NCBI GenBank assembly: GCA_965277405.1
Contig: OZ255726.1
Coordinates: forward strand, 1,248,001 to 1,312,000
Length of the DNA stretch: 64,000 nt
Source of the DNA: Gammaproteobacteria bacterium
GTDB lineage: Bacteria; Pseudomonadota; Gammaproteobacteria; G965277405
Reading direction: 5' to 3'
Position 1 is the first letter of the stretch, and every line of letters begins with the position of its first letter. A program made the position numbers and the translations under genes. This document shows, piece by piece, positions 22,642 through 33,155 of this stretch. The notes beneath the pieces were generated by a model. It made no database searches, was not told where the DNA came from, and was given only the letters and a program-made list of their open reading frames with translations.

Positions 22642-22674
22642 GGGAGCTCTGATTAAGTCCAAGGTGGAGACTCC
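22642..22674. repeat. 33-bp collapsed IS/MITE scar
   Basis: GGGAGCTCTGATTAAGTCC...GAGACTCC flanked by TTAG on both sides. Confidence 0.7.
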
Positions 22675-22739
22675 TTAGGTTATATTACCACAACTTATTA
22701 TCAAATGTCGACCAAACAACGCACCAAACAGCCAACGAT

Positions 22740-23225
22740 ATGAATAAAGCCAACTACCGCGTTGCGATTGTCGTATCACAATTCCATGAAGAGATCGCTT
22801 GCAACCTGTTAAATGGTGCGCTTGCAACGTTGCATGAGCTCGGGGTTAATAACTCGCGCATATCTACTTTCAAAGTTCCTGGTGCTATGGAAATTCCTTT
22901 TGCCTGCTTACAGGCAATCCAAAAACACAAACCACACGGCATTATTACGCTAGGTTGTGTCATGCAAGGAAAAACCCCACACTTTACTTTTGTTTGTAAT
23001 AGCGTAACTCAGAGCATAATGAATCTATCACTCAATCATAATATTCCTATTACTTTTGGAGTATTGACTACCAACACATATCAACAAGCAATGCAGCGAT
23101 CTGACCCAACGCTAAATCCGTCCTCACATCTCACAGACCATCGTCGTAGTGCTACTTCTAACAAAGGTATTGATGCGGCAATGTCGTTGTGGGATATGCT
23201 CCATTTAAGCAATTACTCCGAATAA
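22740..23225 (+). CDS. ribH: 6,7-dimethyl-8-ribityllumazine synthase
   Basis: VPGAMEIP, G.TPHF, PITFGVLTT and NKG.DAA. Confidence 0.92.
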   Translation: MNKANYRVAIVVSQFHEEIACNLLNGALATLHELGVNNSRISTFKVPGAMEIPFACLQAIQKHKPHGIITLGCVMQGKTPHFTFVCNSVTQSIMNLSLNHNIPITFGVLTTNTYQQAMQRSDPTLNPSSHLTDHRRSATSNKGIDAAMSLWDMLHLSNYSE

Positions 23226-23226
23226 C

Positions 23227-23652
23227 ATGGCTTCTTTTTTAACGCGCCGCCACAATGCTCGCATCATTATTATTCAATGTTTGTATCAATGGTTTCTTAC
23301 AAAAAATGAGATGTCAGATGTCATTGCACAACGCATCAGCACAGTCAATGTAACGAAGACCGACATTAAATTTGTAGCAGACACATTACGAATTATTGAT
23401 TGCGATAGCATAGATTCCTTTGCCTACATAGATAGTTTCTTAAACAAACCATTCACTACATTTGAACCAATAGAAAAAGCTGTATTCCTGTTGGCACTAG
23501 TTGAAATCCAGCATAGTCCTGAAACGCCATTTAAAGTAGTTATCAGTGAAGCGCTAGGCTTGCTGAACACCTTCAACTACCAGCACAGTATTAAAATAGT
23601 TAATGCGGTTTTAGATAATATCGCAAAAAAGTTACGCGTTCATGAACAATAA
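23227..23652 (+). CDS. nusB: Transcription antitermination factor NusB (divergent)
   Basis: RRHNAR..QCLYQW, PFKVVISEA and VNAVLD; located after ribH. Confidence 0.8.
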   Translation: MASFLTRRHNARIIIIQCLYQWFLTKNEMSDVIAQRISTVNVTKTDIKFVADTLRIIDCDSIDSFAYIDSFLNKPFTTFEPIEKAVFLLALVEIQHSPETPFKVVISEALGLLNTFNYQHSIKIVNAVLDNIAKKLRVHEQ

Positions 23653-24121
23653 ATATGGTCCGATAGCATGCATCCTTACATGCGGTTATCTGGGCTATAG
23701 TAAATACGCTCCAGGGACTATTGCATCAGCCGTACTGACAGGCATATATATTTTATTACCAAGTACAACTACTATAATACACCACCTCTGCATTGTGCTG
23801 GCAATCGGCATTGTCGGCTACGCTGCCGCATTTATTGCCGAACGCGCACAGATATTTATCTTCGCCGCAGATCCAAAGCAGATTGTTATCGATGAATGGC
23901 TAGGAATGTCTATTGCTCTGATTGGCATCCATCAGTTGCTGCCAACGCTCGTTGCTTTTGTTGTTTTTCGTTGTTGCGACATCCGCAAACCGCTGATAAT
24001 TGGTTGGGTAGACCGCAACATTAAAGGCATACATGGCGTAATGCTTGACGATGGTATCGCAGGCTGTGTTGCCCTTGCCGCCGCCCACCTCATCCAAAGC
24101 AACCTGCCTGAGTTGCTATAG
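23642..24121 (+). CDS. pgpA: Phosphatidylglycerophosphatase A
   Basis: [22 protein letters not shown] and GVMLDD. Confidence 0.9.
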   Translation: MNNKYGPIACILTCGYLGYSKYAPGTIASAVLTGIYILLPSTTTIIHHLCIVLAIGIVGYAAAFIAERAQIFIFAADPKQIVIDEWLGMSIALIGIHQLLPTLVAFVVFRCCDIRKPLIIGWVDRNIKGIHGVMLDDGIAGCVALAAAHLIQSNLPELL

Positions 24122-25489
24122 AATATATCTACTCAAATCTTCATCAACTGATATTTCTTCGAGTTGCTCGCGCACATACGCCACGTCGACCGCAACAGCA
24201 TTAGAACCAGTAGTACTCTGATAGCTATCGGCTGCAAACGATACCGATTCCAGCAACTTCTCCATCAGTGTATGGAGGCGCCTTGCACCAATATTTTCTA
24301 CTCTTTCATTTATAGCAAAAGCTATTTCTGCTATTTCGCGTACCGCTTCATCACTAAACTCAAGCTGCAAGCCTTCTGTGGAGAGTAATTCTTTATACTG
24401 CTTAGTCAGCGAAAAATCTGGCTCTGTAAGAATTCTTTCAAAGTCATCTGGCATTAACGGTTTTAACTCAACACGAATTGGCAGCCTTCCTTGCAGCTCT
24501 GGAATTAAATCTGATGGTTTGCTCATTTGAAATGCCCCAGAGGCAATAAACAAAATATGATCAGTGTGTACCATTCCATATTTTGTCGTCACCACCGAAC
24601 CTTCAATCAACGGCAGCAAATCTCGCTGCACCCCTTCTCGTGATACTTGGGCACTGCTGCGGTCATGCCCACCAGCAATTTTGTCAATTTCATCAAGGAA
24701 TACAATCCCATTTTGTTCAGCCTGTTGGAGCGCAATATGTTTAATTTCGTCTTCATCCAACAAGTTGATAGCTTCTTCGTCTTGCAATGCTTTGAGCGAG
24801 TCTTTCACCAGCATCGTCCGTTCGTTAGTTTTTTTCGCATGCAGCGACGAGAACATTTTTTGAAACTGCCCGGACATTTCCTCCATACCTGGAGGCAACA
24901 TCACTTCAATATTCACAGGAGATTGACTCAACTCAACAGTAATCTCACGATCATCAAAACCACCTTCGCGGAGTTTTTTTCGCATAATCTGCCGCGTATT
25001 CGTGTCATCAGTTTTTTTCCAAACATCAGCTGTGTCAGTTGGTTCTGCAGGTCGCAACAAGATGTCTAACACACGATCTTCAGCAAGCTGCTCAGCTTCA
25101 TCAGTCACTTGCAACAATGCATTTGCTCGCGCATTTTTCATCGCAATGTCAACAAGGTCTTTGATAATAGAATCAACCTCACGCCCAACATAGCCAACCT
25201 CAGTAAATTTTGTAGCTTCAACTTTAAGAAATGGAGCTCCAGAAAGTTTTGCTAATCGTCTGGCTATTTCTGTTTTCCCCACACCAGTAGGCCCAATCAT
25301 TAATATGTTTTTTGGGCTTATTTCATTAGCCATAGTCTCGTCAAGCTGCATTCTTCGCCAACGGTTACGCAAAGCAATGGCGACTGATCTTTTTGCCTCT
25401 GGTTGACCAATAATGTACTTATCTAACTCTGCTACAATTTGCCTTGGAGTTAAATGTGCGTCAAGAGAAGCTGGTAGTTGTTTGTTCAT
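24116..25489 (-). CDS. hslU: ATP-dependent protease ATPase subunit HslU
   Basis: [33 protein letters not shown] and [10 protein letters not shown]. Confidence 0.97.
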   Translation of the reverse strand: MNKQLPASLDAHLTPRQIVAELDKYIIGQPEAKRSVAIALRNRWRRMQLDETMANEISPKNILMIGPTGVGKTEIARRLAKLSGAPFLKVEATKFTEVGYVGREVDSIIKDLVDIAMKNARANALLQVTDEAEQLAEDRVLDILLRPAEPTDTADVWKKTDDTNTRQIMRKKLREGGFDDREITVELSQSPVNIEVMLPPGMEEMSGQFQKMFSSLHAKKTNERTMLVKDSLKALQDEEAINLLDEDEIKHIALQQAEQNGIVFLDEIDKIAGGHDRSSAQVSREGVQRDLLPLIEGSVVTTKYGMVHTDHILFIASGAFQMSKPSDLIPELQGRLPIRVELKPLMPDDFERILTEPDFSLTKQYKELLSTEGLQLEFSDEAVREIAEIAFAINERVENIGARRLHTLMEKLLESVSFAADSYQSTTGSNAVAVDVAYVREQLEEISVDEDLSRYIL

Positions 25490-26031
25490 TGTGCTAAGTC
25501 TAGTTGTTCTATTATCACGTTATGGTTGGTGTAGATACACAAATCAGCGGCGATGGACATCGATTTTTCTATAATTTGAGTAGAACTCATAGCGGTGTTT
25601 TCTAATAATCCGCGAGCTGCCGAATGTGCAAAAGAGCCGCCAGAGCCAATCGCAATCAAGCCGTTTTCTGGCTCAACAACATCGCCATTTCCTGTAATAA
25701 TGAATGAATTATCCGCATCGGCAATGGCAAGCATTGCTTCAAGTTTGCGTAAATATTTATCACCGCGCCAGTCCTTAGCCATTTCAACTGCACTGCGCAC
25801 CAGGTTACCTTGGTGCTTTTCAAGCTTGGCTTCAAACCGTTCAAACAAGGTAAACGCATCGGCAGTACCTCCAGCAAATCCTCCAAGAATCCGGTCTTTA
25901 TAAAATTTTCGCACTTTACGTACATTACCTTTCATGACGATGTTTCCAAATGTCACTTGACCATCACCACCAATAGCAACTTGATTTGGTCGTCGTACAC
26001 AGAGGATTGTTGTTCCACGGAACTGTTCCAT
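25486..26031 (-). CDS. hslV: ATP-dependent protease subunit HslV
   Basis: [22 protein letters not shown] and AIGSGG. Confidence 0.97.
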   Translation of the reverse strand: MEQFRGTTILCVRRPNQVAIGGDGQVTFGNIVMKGNVRKVRKFYKDRILGGFAGGTADAFTLFERFEAKLEKHQGNLVRSAVEMAKDWRGDKYLRKLEAMLAIADADNSFIITGNGDVVEPENGLIAIGSGGSFAHSAARGLLENTAMSSTQIIEKSMSIAADLCIYTNHNVIIEQLDLAQ

Positions 26032-26081
26032 ATAGCTGTTATATCAATGTAGTAAATTGATCCAAATTAAAGATGGGTGTT

Positions 26082-26109
26082 GTATGGGTACACAGCTCCA
26101 ATGTTCAAG
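26082..26109 (-). promoter_or_regulatory. Putative sigma32 (RpoH) promoter of hslVU
   Basis: CTTGAA, 14-bp spacer, ACCCATAC; close to the CTTGAA-N13/14-CCCCAT consensus and upstream of a known heat-shock operon. Confidence 0.6.
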
Positions 26110-26126
26110 AACAACTCTTACGGGAA

Positions 26127-27002
26127 CTAGAGAATATAAACAAATATAAATAAACCAACCCAAACAACATCAACAAAATGCCAATACCAAGCTACTCCTT
26201 CAAAACCAAAATGATTCTCCTTAGAAAAGTGACCACGGCAGAGGCGGAGTAAAATAACGAATAACATGATTGTTCCCATCGTGACGTGGAGTCCATGGAA
26301 ACCAGTTAACATAAAAAAAGTAGCCCCATAAATACCAGAGGCAAGCGTTAAACCAAGGTGCTGATACGCCTCATAATATTCATACCCTTGCACATATAAA
26401 AACACCATCCCGCAACACACTGTGGTAGTCATCCATATAATAGTTGCTTTACGGTTATTTAATTTCAACGCATTGTGAGCAAATGTTAACGTAAAACTTG
26501 AGCTCAACAATAAGCCTGTATTCACTAACGGTAGACCTAGTGGCTCAATTGTTGCCACAGGTCCGATAATGCTCGTATCAGGATTGACCAGTAATGGCCA
26601 TTGATAAATAAACTCACTCCATAACACCACAGAGTTGATTTCACGACCCGCTTCTCCATTTAGCCACGGCAGCGTGACTTGGCGCACGTACCACAACGCA
26701 AAAAAGAATGCAGCAAAGAAAAAAACCTCAGAAACAATAAACCAAAACATCCCCCAGCGAAAAGACCGATCCATTTGCTGTGAATATTTCCCACTACGGC
26801 TCTCTGCGATGACATTTGCAAACCAGCCAAACATCATATAGGCAATCAGTAGCGCCCCAACCATCGTCACAACCGCCGGGATGACGCCACCACCTGTGGT
26901 CAGTAACAAGCCAAAGCCTATTAAAGTTGTGGTGATACCAATAGTTGCAACTATTGGCCATTTGCTTGTTGCGGGCACATAATATGCTTGATATTCACTC
27001 AT
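26127..27002 (-). CDS. coxC: Cytochrome c oxidase subunit III
   Basis: SEVFFFAAFF, TGFHGLHV and WYWHFVDVVW. Confidence 0.93.
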   Translation of the reverse strand: MSEYQAYYVPATSKWPIVATIGITTTLIGFGLLLTTGGGVIPAVVTMVGALLIAYMMFGWFANVIAESRSGKYSQQMDRSFRWGMFWFIVSEVFFFAAFFFALWYVRQVTLPWLNGEAGREINSVVLWSEFIYQWPLLVNPDTSIIGPVATIEPLGLPLVNTGLLLSSSFTLTFAHNALKLNNRKATIIWMTTTVCCGMVFLYVQGYEYYEAYQHLGLTLASGIYGATFFMLTGFHGLHVTMGTIMLFVILLRLCRGHFSKENHFGFEGVAWYWHFVDVVWVGLFIFVYIL

Positions 27003-27010
27003 AATACTTG

Positions 27011-27544
27011 TTAGGAATCGGTTGGGGTTACATCAAATAAGGTATAGGACAAGGTTAATTCCTTCACCTCTTTGCTAATATCCGGGTCAAGATAAAACAA
27101 AACTTTTAAATATTGTTCTTCACCAGGTTGCAGGGTTTGTCGGTCAAAACAAAAACACTCTATTTTGCGCATGTATTCAGCAGCTGCAGCTGGCGCTATA
27201 CTTGGCACAGCCTGCACGACTATCGGAACATCTGTCTCGTTATAAGCCAAGTACTCAACTTGGCGAATTTCACCAGGATTGATTAACATCCGTTGCGTAA
27301 TCGTCTTAAAGCGCACAGGTAGCTTTTCATTAGCTTGCACCATAAATGTCATGGCAAGTTCACGACTAACGTCAACTGCAACGGCATCCTCAGCAGAATA
27401 CTGCTTACCATCTGTTTTACCATTGAGCCCCGTCACTGCGCAAATCACATCATAGATTGGAACTAGCGCAAAACCAAAACCAAACATACAGACAGTGAAC
27501 AACACAAGTTTTGTCACATGATGACGCATTGGCTGTGTGCTCAT
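27011..27544 (-). CDS. ctaG: Cytochrome c oxidase assembly protein CtaG/Cox11
   Basis: VPIYDVICAVTGLNG and KIECFCF; start taken at MSTQPM. Confidence 0.9.
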   Translation of the reverse strand: MSTQPMRHHVTKLVLFTVCMFGFGFALVPIYDVICAVTGLNGKTDGKQYSAEDAVAVDVSRELAMTFMVQANEKLPVRFKTITQRMLINPGEIRQVEYLAYNETDVPIVVQAVPSIAPAAAAEYMRKIECFCFDRQTLQPGEEQYLKVLFYLDPDISKEVKELTLSYTLFDVTPTDS

Positions 27545-27555
27545 TTGTAAACTGC

Positions 27556-29148
27556 CTAGTTGGTTATCACAGGAGGGGTAGAAAAAGTATGCAATGGGGC
27601 AGGAGATGGTATTGTCCACTCCAGTCCATGCGACTTGGCATCTTCCCAGACTTCATCAGTAGCTTTTTTGCCTGTTATGCAGCCTTTGTAAACAACATAC
27701 AGGAAAATCAATTGGCTAAATCCAAAAATAAATGAGCCAATACTGGAGAGCATATTAAAGTCAGTAAACTGCAATGGATAATCTGGAATACGCCGTGGCA
27801 TTCCTGCTAAACCAAGAAAATGCTGCGGGAAAAATGTAATATTCACAGAAATGACCGACAACCAAAAGTGCCAAGTAGCCAATTTCATATCATACATCCG
27901 CCCAGTCCATTTTGGCATCCACAAATACGTTGCGGCAAATAGTGAAAACAACGCTCCAGTTACCAGCACATAATGAAAGTGCGCAACAATAAAATAGGTA
28001 TCATGGTATTGAAAATCAAGTGGGGCCATCGCCATCATAACCCCAGTAAAACCGCCAATCGTAAATAACACAACAAAAGCAATTGCAAACAACATGGGTG
28101 GCTCGAAGCTCAATGACCCTTGAAAGATCGTAGTAATCCAATTGAATATTTTTACTCCTGTAGGCACTGCAATGACAATAGTCGCGTACATGAAAAATAA
28201 TTCCGCTTCTAACGGTAGCCCGACTGTGAACATATGGTGCGCCCAAACAACCATTGCCAGTAATGCGATTGAAGCTAATGCATACACCATAGAAGCATAG
28301 CCAAACAGTTCTTTTCTTGCAAAAATCGGAATGATGGTAGAAACAATACCAAAAGCAGGAAGGATGAGTATATAGACTTCTGGATGCCCAAAAAACCAAA
28401 AAATATGTTGGTATAACACAGGATCACCGCCGCCGGCAGCATCAAAAAATGTCGTGCCAAAATGGATATCGGTCAACAACATTGTTACTGCACCTGCTAA
28501 CACGGGCAATGAAGTAATAATAAGAAATGCAGTGATCAACCACGACCAACTAAAAATCGGCATTTTCATCAGCGCCATACCTGGAGCACGCAGATTTAAA
28601 ATCGTCGCGATAATGTTAATCGCCCCTAAAATTGAAGATAACCCCAACATATGCACGGCAAATATCAGAAATGTCATGGTGTCTTTGGGCGCAAAAGTAG
28701 TTGATAGCGGCGGATACATCGTCCACCCTCCAGCAGGGCCACCACCTGGCATAATAAAAGTAGAAATCAACACGACAGCAGCAAATGGAATCAACCAAAA
28801 ACTTAAATTATTCAACCGTGGCAATGCCATATCTGGAGCACCAATCTGCAATGGAATCATCCAGTTGGCAAAACCTGTGAACGCAGGCATAACCACTAAA
28901 AAAACCATCACCAATCCATGGACTGTAGTCATTGAATTGAACATAAGAGGGTCAACTATTTGAATACCTGGCTCGAATAGTTCAGCACGGACAACCAACG
29001 CCATCCCTCCACCGACAAATAGCATTACCAATGCAAACGCCAAATACATCGAAGCAATCTCTTTATGATTGGTAGTAGTGATGTATCTCAATATCCCACG
29101 CTTGGCGTGGTGACCGTTAGCTTCAGTCATGACTTTCTCCTGCTGCAT
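27556..29148 (-). CDS. coxA: Cytochrome c oxidase subunit I
   Basis: WFFGHPEVY, VWAHHMF and AHFHYV. Confidence 0.96.
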   Translation of the reverse strand: MQQEKVMTEANGHHAKRGILRYITTTNHKEIASMYLAFALVMLFVGGGMALVVRAELFEPGIQIVDPLMFNSMTTVHGLVMVFLVVMPAFTGFANWMIPLQIGAPDMALPRLNNLSFWLIPFAAVVLISTFIMPGGGPAGGWTMYPPLSTTFAPKDTMTFLIFAVHMLGLSSILGAINIIATILNLRAPGMALMKMPIFSWSWLITAFLIITSLPVLAGAVTMLLTDIHFGTTFFDAAGGGDPVLYQHIFWFFGHPEVYILILPAFGIVSTIIPIFARKELFGYASMVYALASIALLAMVVWAHHMFTVGLPLEAELFFMYATIVIAVPTGVKIFNWITTIFQGSLSFEPPMLFAIAFVVLFTIGGFTGVMMAMAPLDFQYHDTYFIVAHFHYVLVTGALFSLFAATYLWMPKWTGRMYDMKLATWHFWLSVISVNITFFPQHFLGLAGMPRRIPDYPLQFTDFNMLSSIGSFIFGFSQLIFLYVVYKGCITGKKATDEVWEDAKSHGLEWTIPSPAPLHTFSTPPVITN

Positions 29149-29168
29149 CCATCCATTATTAAATAAAC

Positions 29169-30284
29169 CTATCGTTTACTTGCCACATCACTTGGCATCA
29201 CCACAGCAACACTCGCTTGATTACCCCATGAATTGCGTTGATACGTCAGTATCGCGGCAATTTCATGATCTTTTAACTGCTCACCAAATGCAGCCATAGC
29301 CGTACCTTTGCTACCATGCAGCACCACATTGATATGCGCGTTAATTTCTCCCAAAACAACTGCGTTGCCTATAAAACTTGGGAAAACTGGCGGGTTTCCT
29401 TTCCCATCAATGCCATGGCACACAGCACAGTTCGTTTTATAGACTGTCTCGCCTAATTGTAGCAACTCATCTTTTGTGAACACTTTATTCTTCAAAGGAT
29501 CTTCAATTTTATTCGCGGCTTCTTGCTCTGCTAACCAGCTGTCAAATTTATCTGCTGGCATAGCATTGATAACAATAGGCATATACCCATGATTCATCCC
29601 GCATAACTCTGCGCATAGACCACGATAAATACCAGGGGTGGTAATTTTTGTCCACGCCTCATTCACAAAACCAGGAATTGCATCGCGCTTGACGCCAACC
29701 TCAGGAACCCACCATGAATGCACCACATCATTTGAGGTAACTAGAAACCTTATTTTTCGATTAACGGGCAAGTTGAGCATATTATCAACTTCAAGCAGAT
29801 AGTATTCGCCTTTGTCTATACCGTTATATATTTGCTCAGTTGGTGTACTTAAATTACTAAAAAAACTGACGTTCTTATCTAGATATTCATATTTCCACTT
29901 CCACTGATAGCCGGTCACTACTACGTCAAGCTCTGCGGCGTCAGTATCGTACATTTTCTTGAGTAAATTTGTGGCTGGAATTGCCATTATAACCAACAAA
30001 ATGATTGGGATAATCGTCCACAATAGCTCTAACGTAACGCTGTCTGAAAATTTTGCGGAGACGGCTCCCTGCGACTTTCTGTATTTAAAAAGCGAGTATA
30101 CAATCACTCCATAGACAACGACAGCAACGCCTGCCATGATGTACATGACCATCATGTGCAAGTCATACGCTGCTGCGGTAAGAAGCGTTACTCCACGGGT
30201 CACGTTAACGCGTGAAGCTTCTGCGGCGGCAACAACAGCAGACATTGGTAAAATCGCAGCTAATGTCAGCAGCCTTTTAAACAT
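29169..30284 (-). CDS. coxB: Cytochrome c oxidase subunit II with C-terminal cytochrome c domain
   Basis: DVVHSW, CAELCGMNHGYM CuA site and CAVCH heme motif. Confidence 0.95.
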   Translation of the reverse strand: MFKRLLTLAAILPMSAVVAAAEASRVNVTRGVTLLTAAAYDLHMMVMYIMAGVAVVVYGVIVYSLFKYRKSQGAVSAKFSDSVTLELLWTIIPIILLVIMAIPATNLLKKMYDTDAAELDVVVTGYQWKWKYEYLDKNVSFFSNLSTPTEQIYNGIDKGEYYLLEVDNMLNLPVNRKIRFLVTSNDVVHSWWVPEVGVKRDAIPGFVNEAWTKITTPGIYRGLCAELCGMNHGYMPIVINAMPADKFDSWLAEQEAANKIEDPLKNKVFTKDELLQLGETVYKTNCAVCHGIDGKGNPPVFPSFIGNAVVLGEINAHINVVLHGSKGTAMAAFGEQLKDHEIAAILTYQRNSWGNQASVAVVMPSDVASKR

Positions 30285-30329
30285 GTGTTAATCCTATAAA
30301 TATAATATTGTCTCACCATCATCTAGGTA

Positions 30330-30542
30330 TTAAGTAACAGCTATATGTACAAAAAATAAAATTGATGCAATAAAAAAAATAGTGAAAATAACCCCACCCA
30401 CAATATATGGGAAAGGGTCGCTTTGCTGATTATCTTGCTCAAAAATTCGCTTACTTTGCACACCAATAAACGCACCTAGAATGCTGCATATATAGTGCCA
30501 CGGACGCAAATCGCCAGTTTTGGGCTTTTGTGTGTTTTTCAT
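30330..30542 (-). CDS. Small membrane protein (DUF2970-like)
   Basis: SILGAFIGVQS...D....P..YIVGG pattern; this family is often near cox genes. Confidence 0.6.
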   Translation of the reverse strand: MKNTQKPKTGDLRPWHYICSILGAFIGVQSKRIFEQDNQQSDPFPYIVGGVIFTIFFIASILFFVHIAVT

Positions 30543-30634
30543 TATATTCCAATACATTAACAACCGCACTACCATATGCAGTTGCAATGAATATATATCA
30601 TATCCCAAGTAAAATGGCTCACGTTGATGACAAG

Positions 30635-31687
30635 TTAATGACAAGTTAGTATCATTTGTCCACCACCTAAACACTGTTCGCCCGAGTAGAAAACGCAATA
30701 TTGCCCTGGGGTTAATGCCCGTTGCGGCGATGAAAATTCGACGATATTGCTACCTTGATCCACTGATACCACACATGCTTGGTCAGTTTGCCGGTACCGT
30801 GACTTAGCCATACAATGCATCGGCAAAGATGGAACTTCGTTAATCCAATGGATGTTTGCTATTACAGCATGCTTGCGAAATAACAACGGATGATTGCCAC
30901 CTTGAACCACCATCAAAGTATTTGTCGTTTGATTTTTATCGACCACATACCAAGGCTGACCGTTACCTTGCTGACGACCGCCAATCAATAACCCTTGCCG
31001 TTGACCAAGCGTATAACTCGCCAGCCCCTGATGTTGACCAATTTCCTTGCCGTTTTCATCAATAATCGAACCAGTTGACAGTGGTATATGTTCAGCGATA
31101 AAACCACGAAAGTTTCGATCGCCGATAAAGCAGATGCCTACTGAATCTTTGCGTTGATGGTTATGCAATCCATGCTGTTTGCCAAATTCACGTACAGCCG
31201 GCTTATGTAGATCAGCCAACGGAAACAACGACTGTTGCAACTGTTGGGCTAGCAGCGCATGCAGAAAATAACTTTGGTCTTTGCAACCGTCTGTAGCCTT
31301 ATACAATCTGCCTGCTATTGTTTTGGCATAATGCCCTGTAGCGATTGCATCTGCACCAATTGAACGCGCATAATTAAAAAAAGCGTCAAACTTAATCTCG
31401 CGATTACACAACACATCTGGGTTTGGGGTTATCCCACATTTAAGGTCTGCAATAAATGCAGCAAACACCCGTTGCCTATATTCTTCGATAAAATTAACGC
31501 TTTGTAATTCACAGCCAATGGCATCGGCTGCATGCGCGGCATCAATAAAATCTTCACGCGCAGTGCAATGTTCATCATCGCGCCAGTTTTGCATAAATAC
31601 GCCGACAACATCATGCCCCTGTTGCTTGCAAAGGAGTGCAGCAACAGATGAGTCAATGCCACCTGACATACCAACAGCAACGCGCAT
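30635..31687 (-). CDS. mnmA: tRNA-specific 2-thiouridylase
   Basis: MSGGIDSS, TPNPDVLCNREIKF, ATGHYA, KDQSYFL and TPGQ. Confidence 0.95.
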   Translation of the reverse strand: MRVAVGMSGGIDSSVAALLCKQQGHDVVGVFMQNWRDDEHCTAREDFIDAAHAADAIGCELQSVNFIEEYRQRVFAAFIADLKCGITPNPDVLCNREIKFDAFFNYARSIGADAIATGHYAKTIAGRLYKATDGCKDQSYFLHALLAQQLQQSLFPLADLHKPAVREFGKQHGLHNHQRKDSVGICFIGDRNFRGFIAEHIPLSTGSIIDENGKEIGQHQGLASYTLGQRQGLLIGGRQQGNGQPWYVVDKNQTTNTLMVVQGGNHPLLFRKHAVIANIHWINEVPSLPMHCMAKSRYRQTDQACVVSVDQGSNIVEFSSPQRALTPGQYCVFYSGEQCLGGGQMILTCH

Positions 31688-31688
31688 G

Positions 31689-33155
31689 TTATTGGAGCTT
31701 GGCAACCAGCATTTGGTTTACTGTGCTAGGATTTGCCTTACCTCGTGACTGCTGCATGACCTGCCCTACAAAAAACCCGATGAGTTTTTTTTGTTTTTTT
31801 GCATCTGCTGCTTGGTATTGGGCAACTTGCGGTTGATATGCGGCAACAACAGCGTCTACTATTGTTGCAATCACCGCTGGATCGCTTACCTGCCGATATC
31901 CTTGCTCGTCAATAAATGCATCAACCGCTGCTGCATCAGCTACAGGTTGCTGCCAAAACTGACTCAACAACTCCTTAGCAATTTTACCACTAATTGTTGC
32001 ATCAGCAATTCGTATAATTAATTGACCAAGCACAGCTGGGCGGATCGGAATACTAGCAATGTCTATGCTGGCGAGCGAATGCTTATTCATCAATCCTAGA
32101 ATCTCTGCTATTACCCAGCTAGCGCTCAGTTGTGGTTGAGTGCTATGGGCAACCACTGCTTCAAAATATGCGGCTATTTCAGGTGCTGCGGTTATCGTCA
32201 CCGCATCAGCTAAGCGGATGTTAAGTTCTCGACAATATCGCTGCGCTTTAGCACGCGGCAATTCAATTATTTGCTCCCTAATTGCTGATAAATACGCATC
32301 AGTCAGTGGTATTGGCAATAAATCAGGATCAGGGAAATACCGATAATCATTGGCTTCTTCTTTGCTGCGCATTGACTGGGTAATGTCGCGGTTTGGATCA
32401 AACAGACGGGTTTCTTGGGTAATGCTTTTCCCTTGCTCAAGCAGCCGAATTTGTCTGTTGGCTTCCACAACTATCGCCCGTTCCACAAACCTATATGAGT
32501 TGATATTTTTCAATTCTGTCCGCGTTGCTAAAATAGTTGCCCCTAGTGGACGCACTGAGACATTAGCATCACAACGCATTGACCCTTGTGATAAATCGCC
32601 ATCACTGATATCTAAATAACGTACCAATGTATTGATTGCACGTAACGTAATCCCCGCTTCTGCTGCGCTGCGTAAGTCTGGGTCGGTAACAATTTCTAAT
32701 AACGGTGTTCCGGCTCTGTTAAAGTCAACAGCAGATGCGCCGGCAATGGTATCGTGCACAAGTTTGCCGGCATCTTCTTCTAAATGCGCACGGGTAATCC
32801 CTATGGTTTTTGTTGTGCCATCAGCTAAGTCGATGGTGATTGCTCCTTTACCAACTACTGGATGGGCAAACTGGCTGATTTGATACCCTTTCGACAAGTC
32901 AGGATAAAAGTAGTTTTTGCGCGCAAACACATGGGTTTTTGGCAGTTCCGCGCCAATTGCCAAGCCAAAACGAATTGCCTTAGCAAGGACGGTCTGATTC
33001 AACACCGGCAACGTCCCAGGCATCCCCAAGTCAATCGCGCTCGCTTGACTATTCTGTGCTGCTCCCCAGCGGTGAGCGCTTGCAGAAAAGAGTTTGCTCT
33101 GTGTTGATAACTGTACGTGGATTTCAAGACCTATAACAATTTCCCAATTCATCAA
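31689..33155 (-). CDS. gatB: Asp/Glu-tRNA amidotransferase subunit B
   Basis: IGLEIHVQL, RKNYFYPDL, GSMRCDANVS and DYRYFPDPDL. Confidence 0.96.
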   Translation of the reverse strand: MMNWEIVIGLEIHVQLSTQSKLFSASAHRWGAAQNSQASAIDLGMPGTLPVLNQTVLAKAIRFGLAIGAELPKTHVFARKNYFYPDLSKGYQISQFAHPVVGKGAITIDLADGTTKTIGITRAHLEEDAGKLVHDTIAGASAVDFNRAGTPLLEIVTDPDLRSAAEAGITLRAINTLVRYLDISDGDLSQGSMRCDANVSVRPLGATILATRTELKNINSYRFVERAIVVEANRQIRLLEQGKSITQETRLFDPNRDITQSMRSKEEANDYRYFPDPDLLPIPLTDAYLSAIREQIIELPRAKAQRYCRELNIRLADAVTITAAPEIAAYFEAVVAHSTQPQLSASWVIAEILGLMNKHSLASIDIASIPIRPAVLGQLIIRIADATISGKIAKELLSQFWQQPVADAAAVDAFIDEQGYRQVSDPAVIATIVDAVVAAYQPQVAQYQAADAKKQKKLIGFFVGQVMQQSRGKANPSTVNQMLVAKLQ

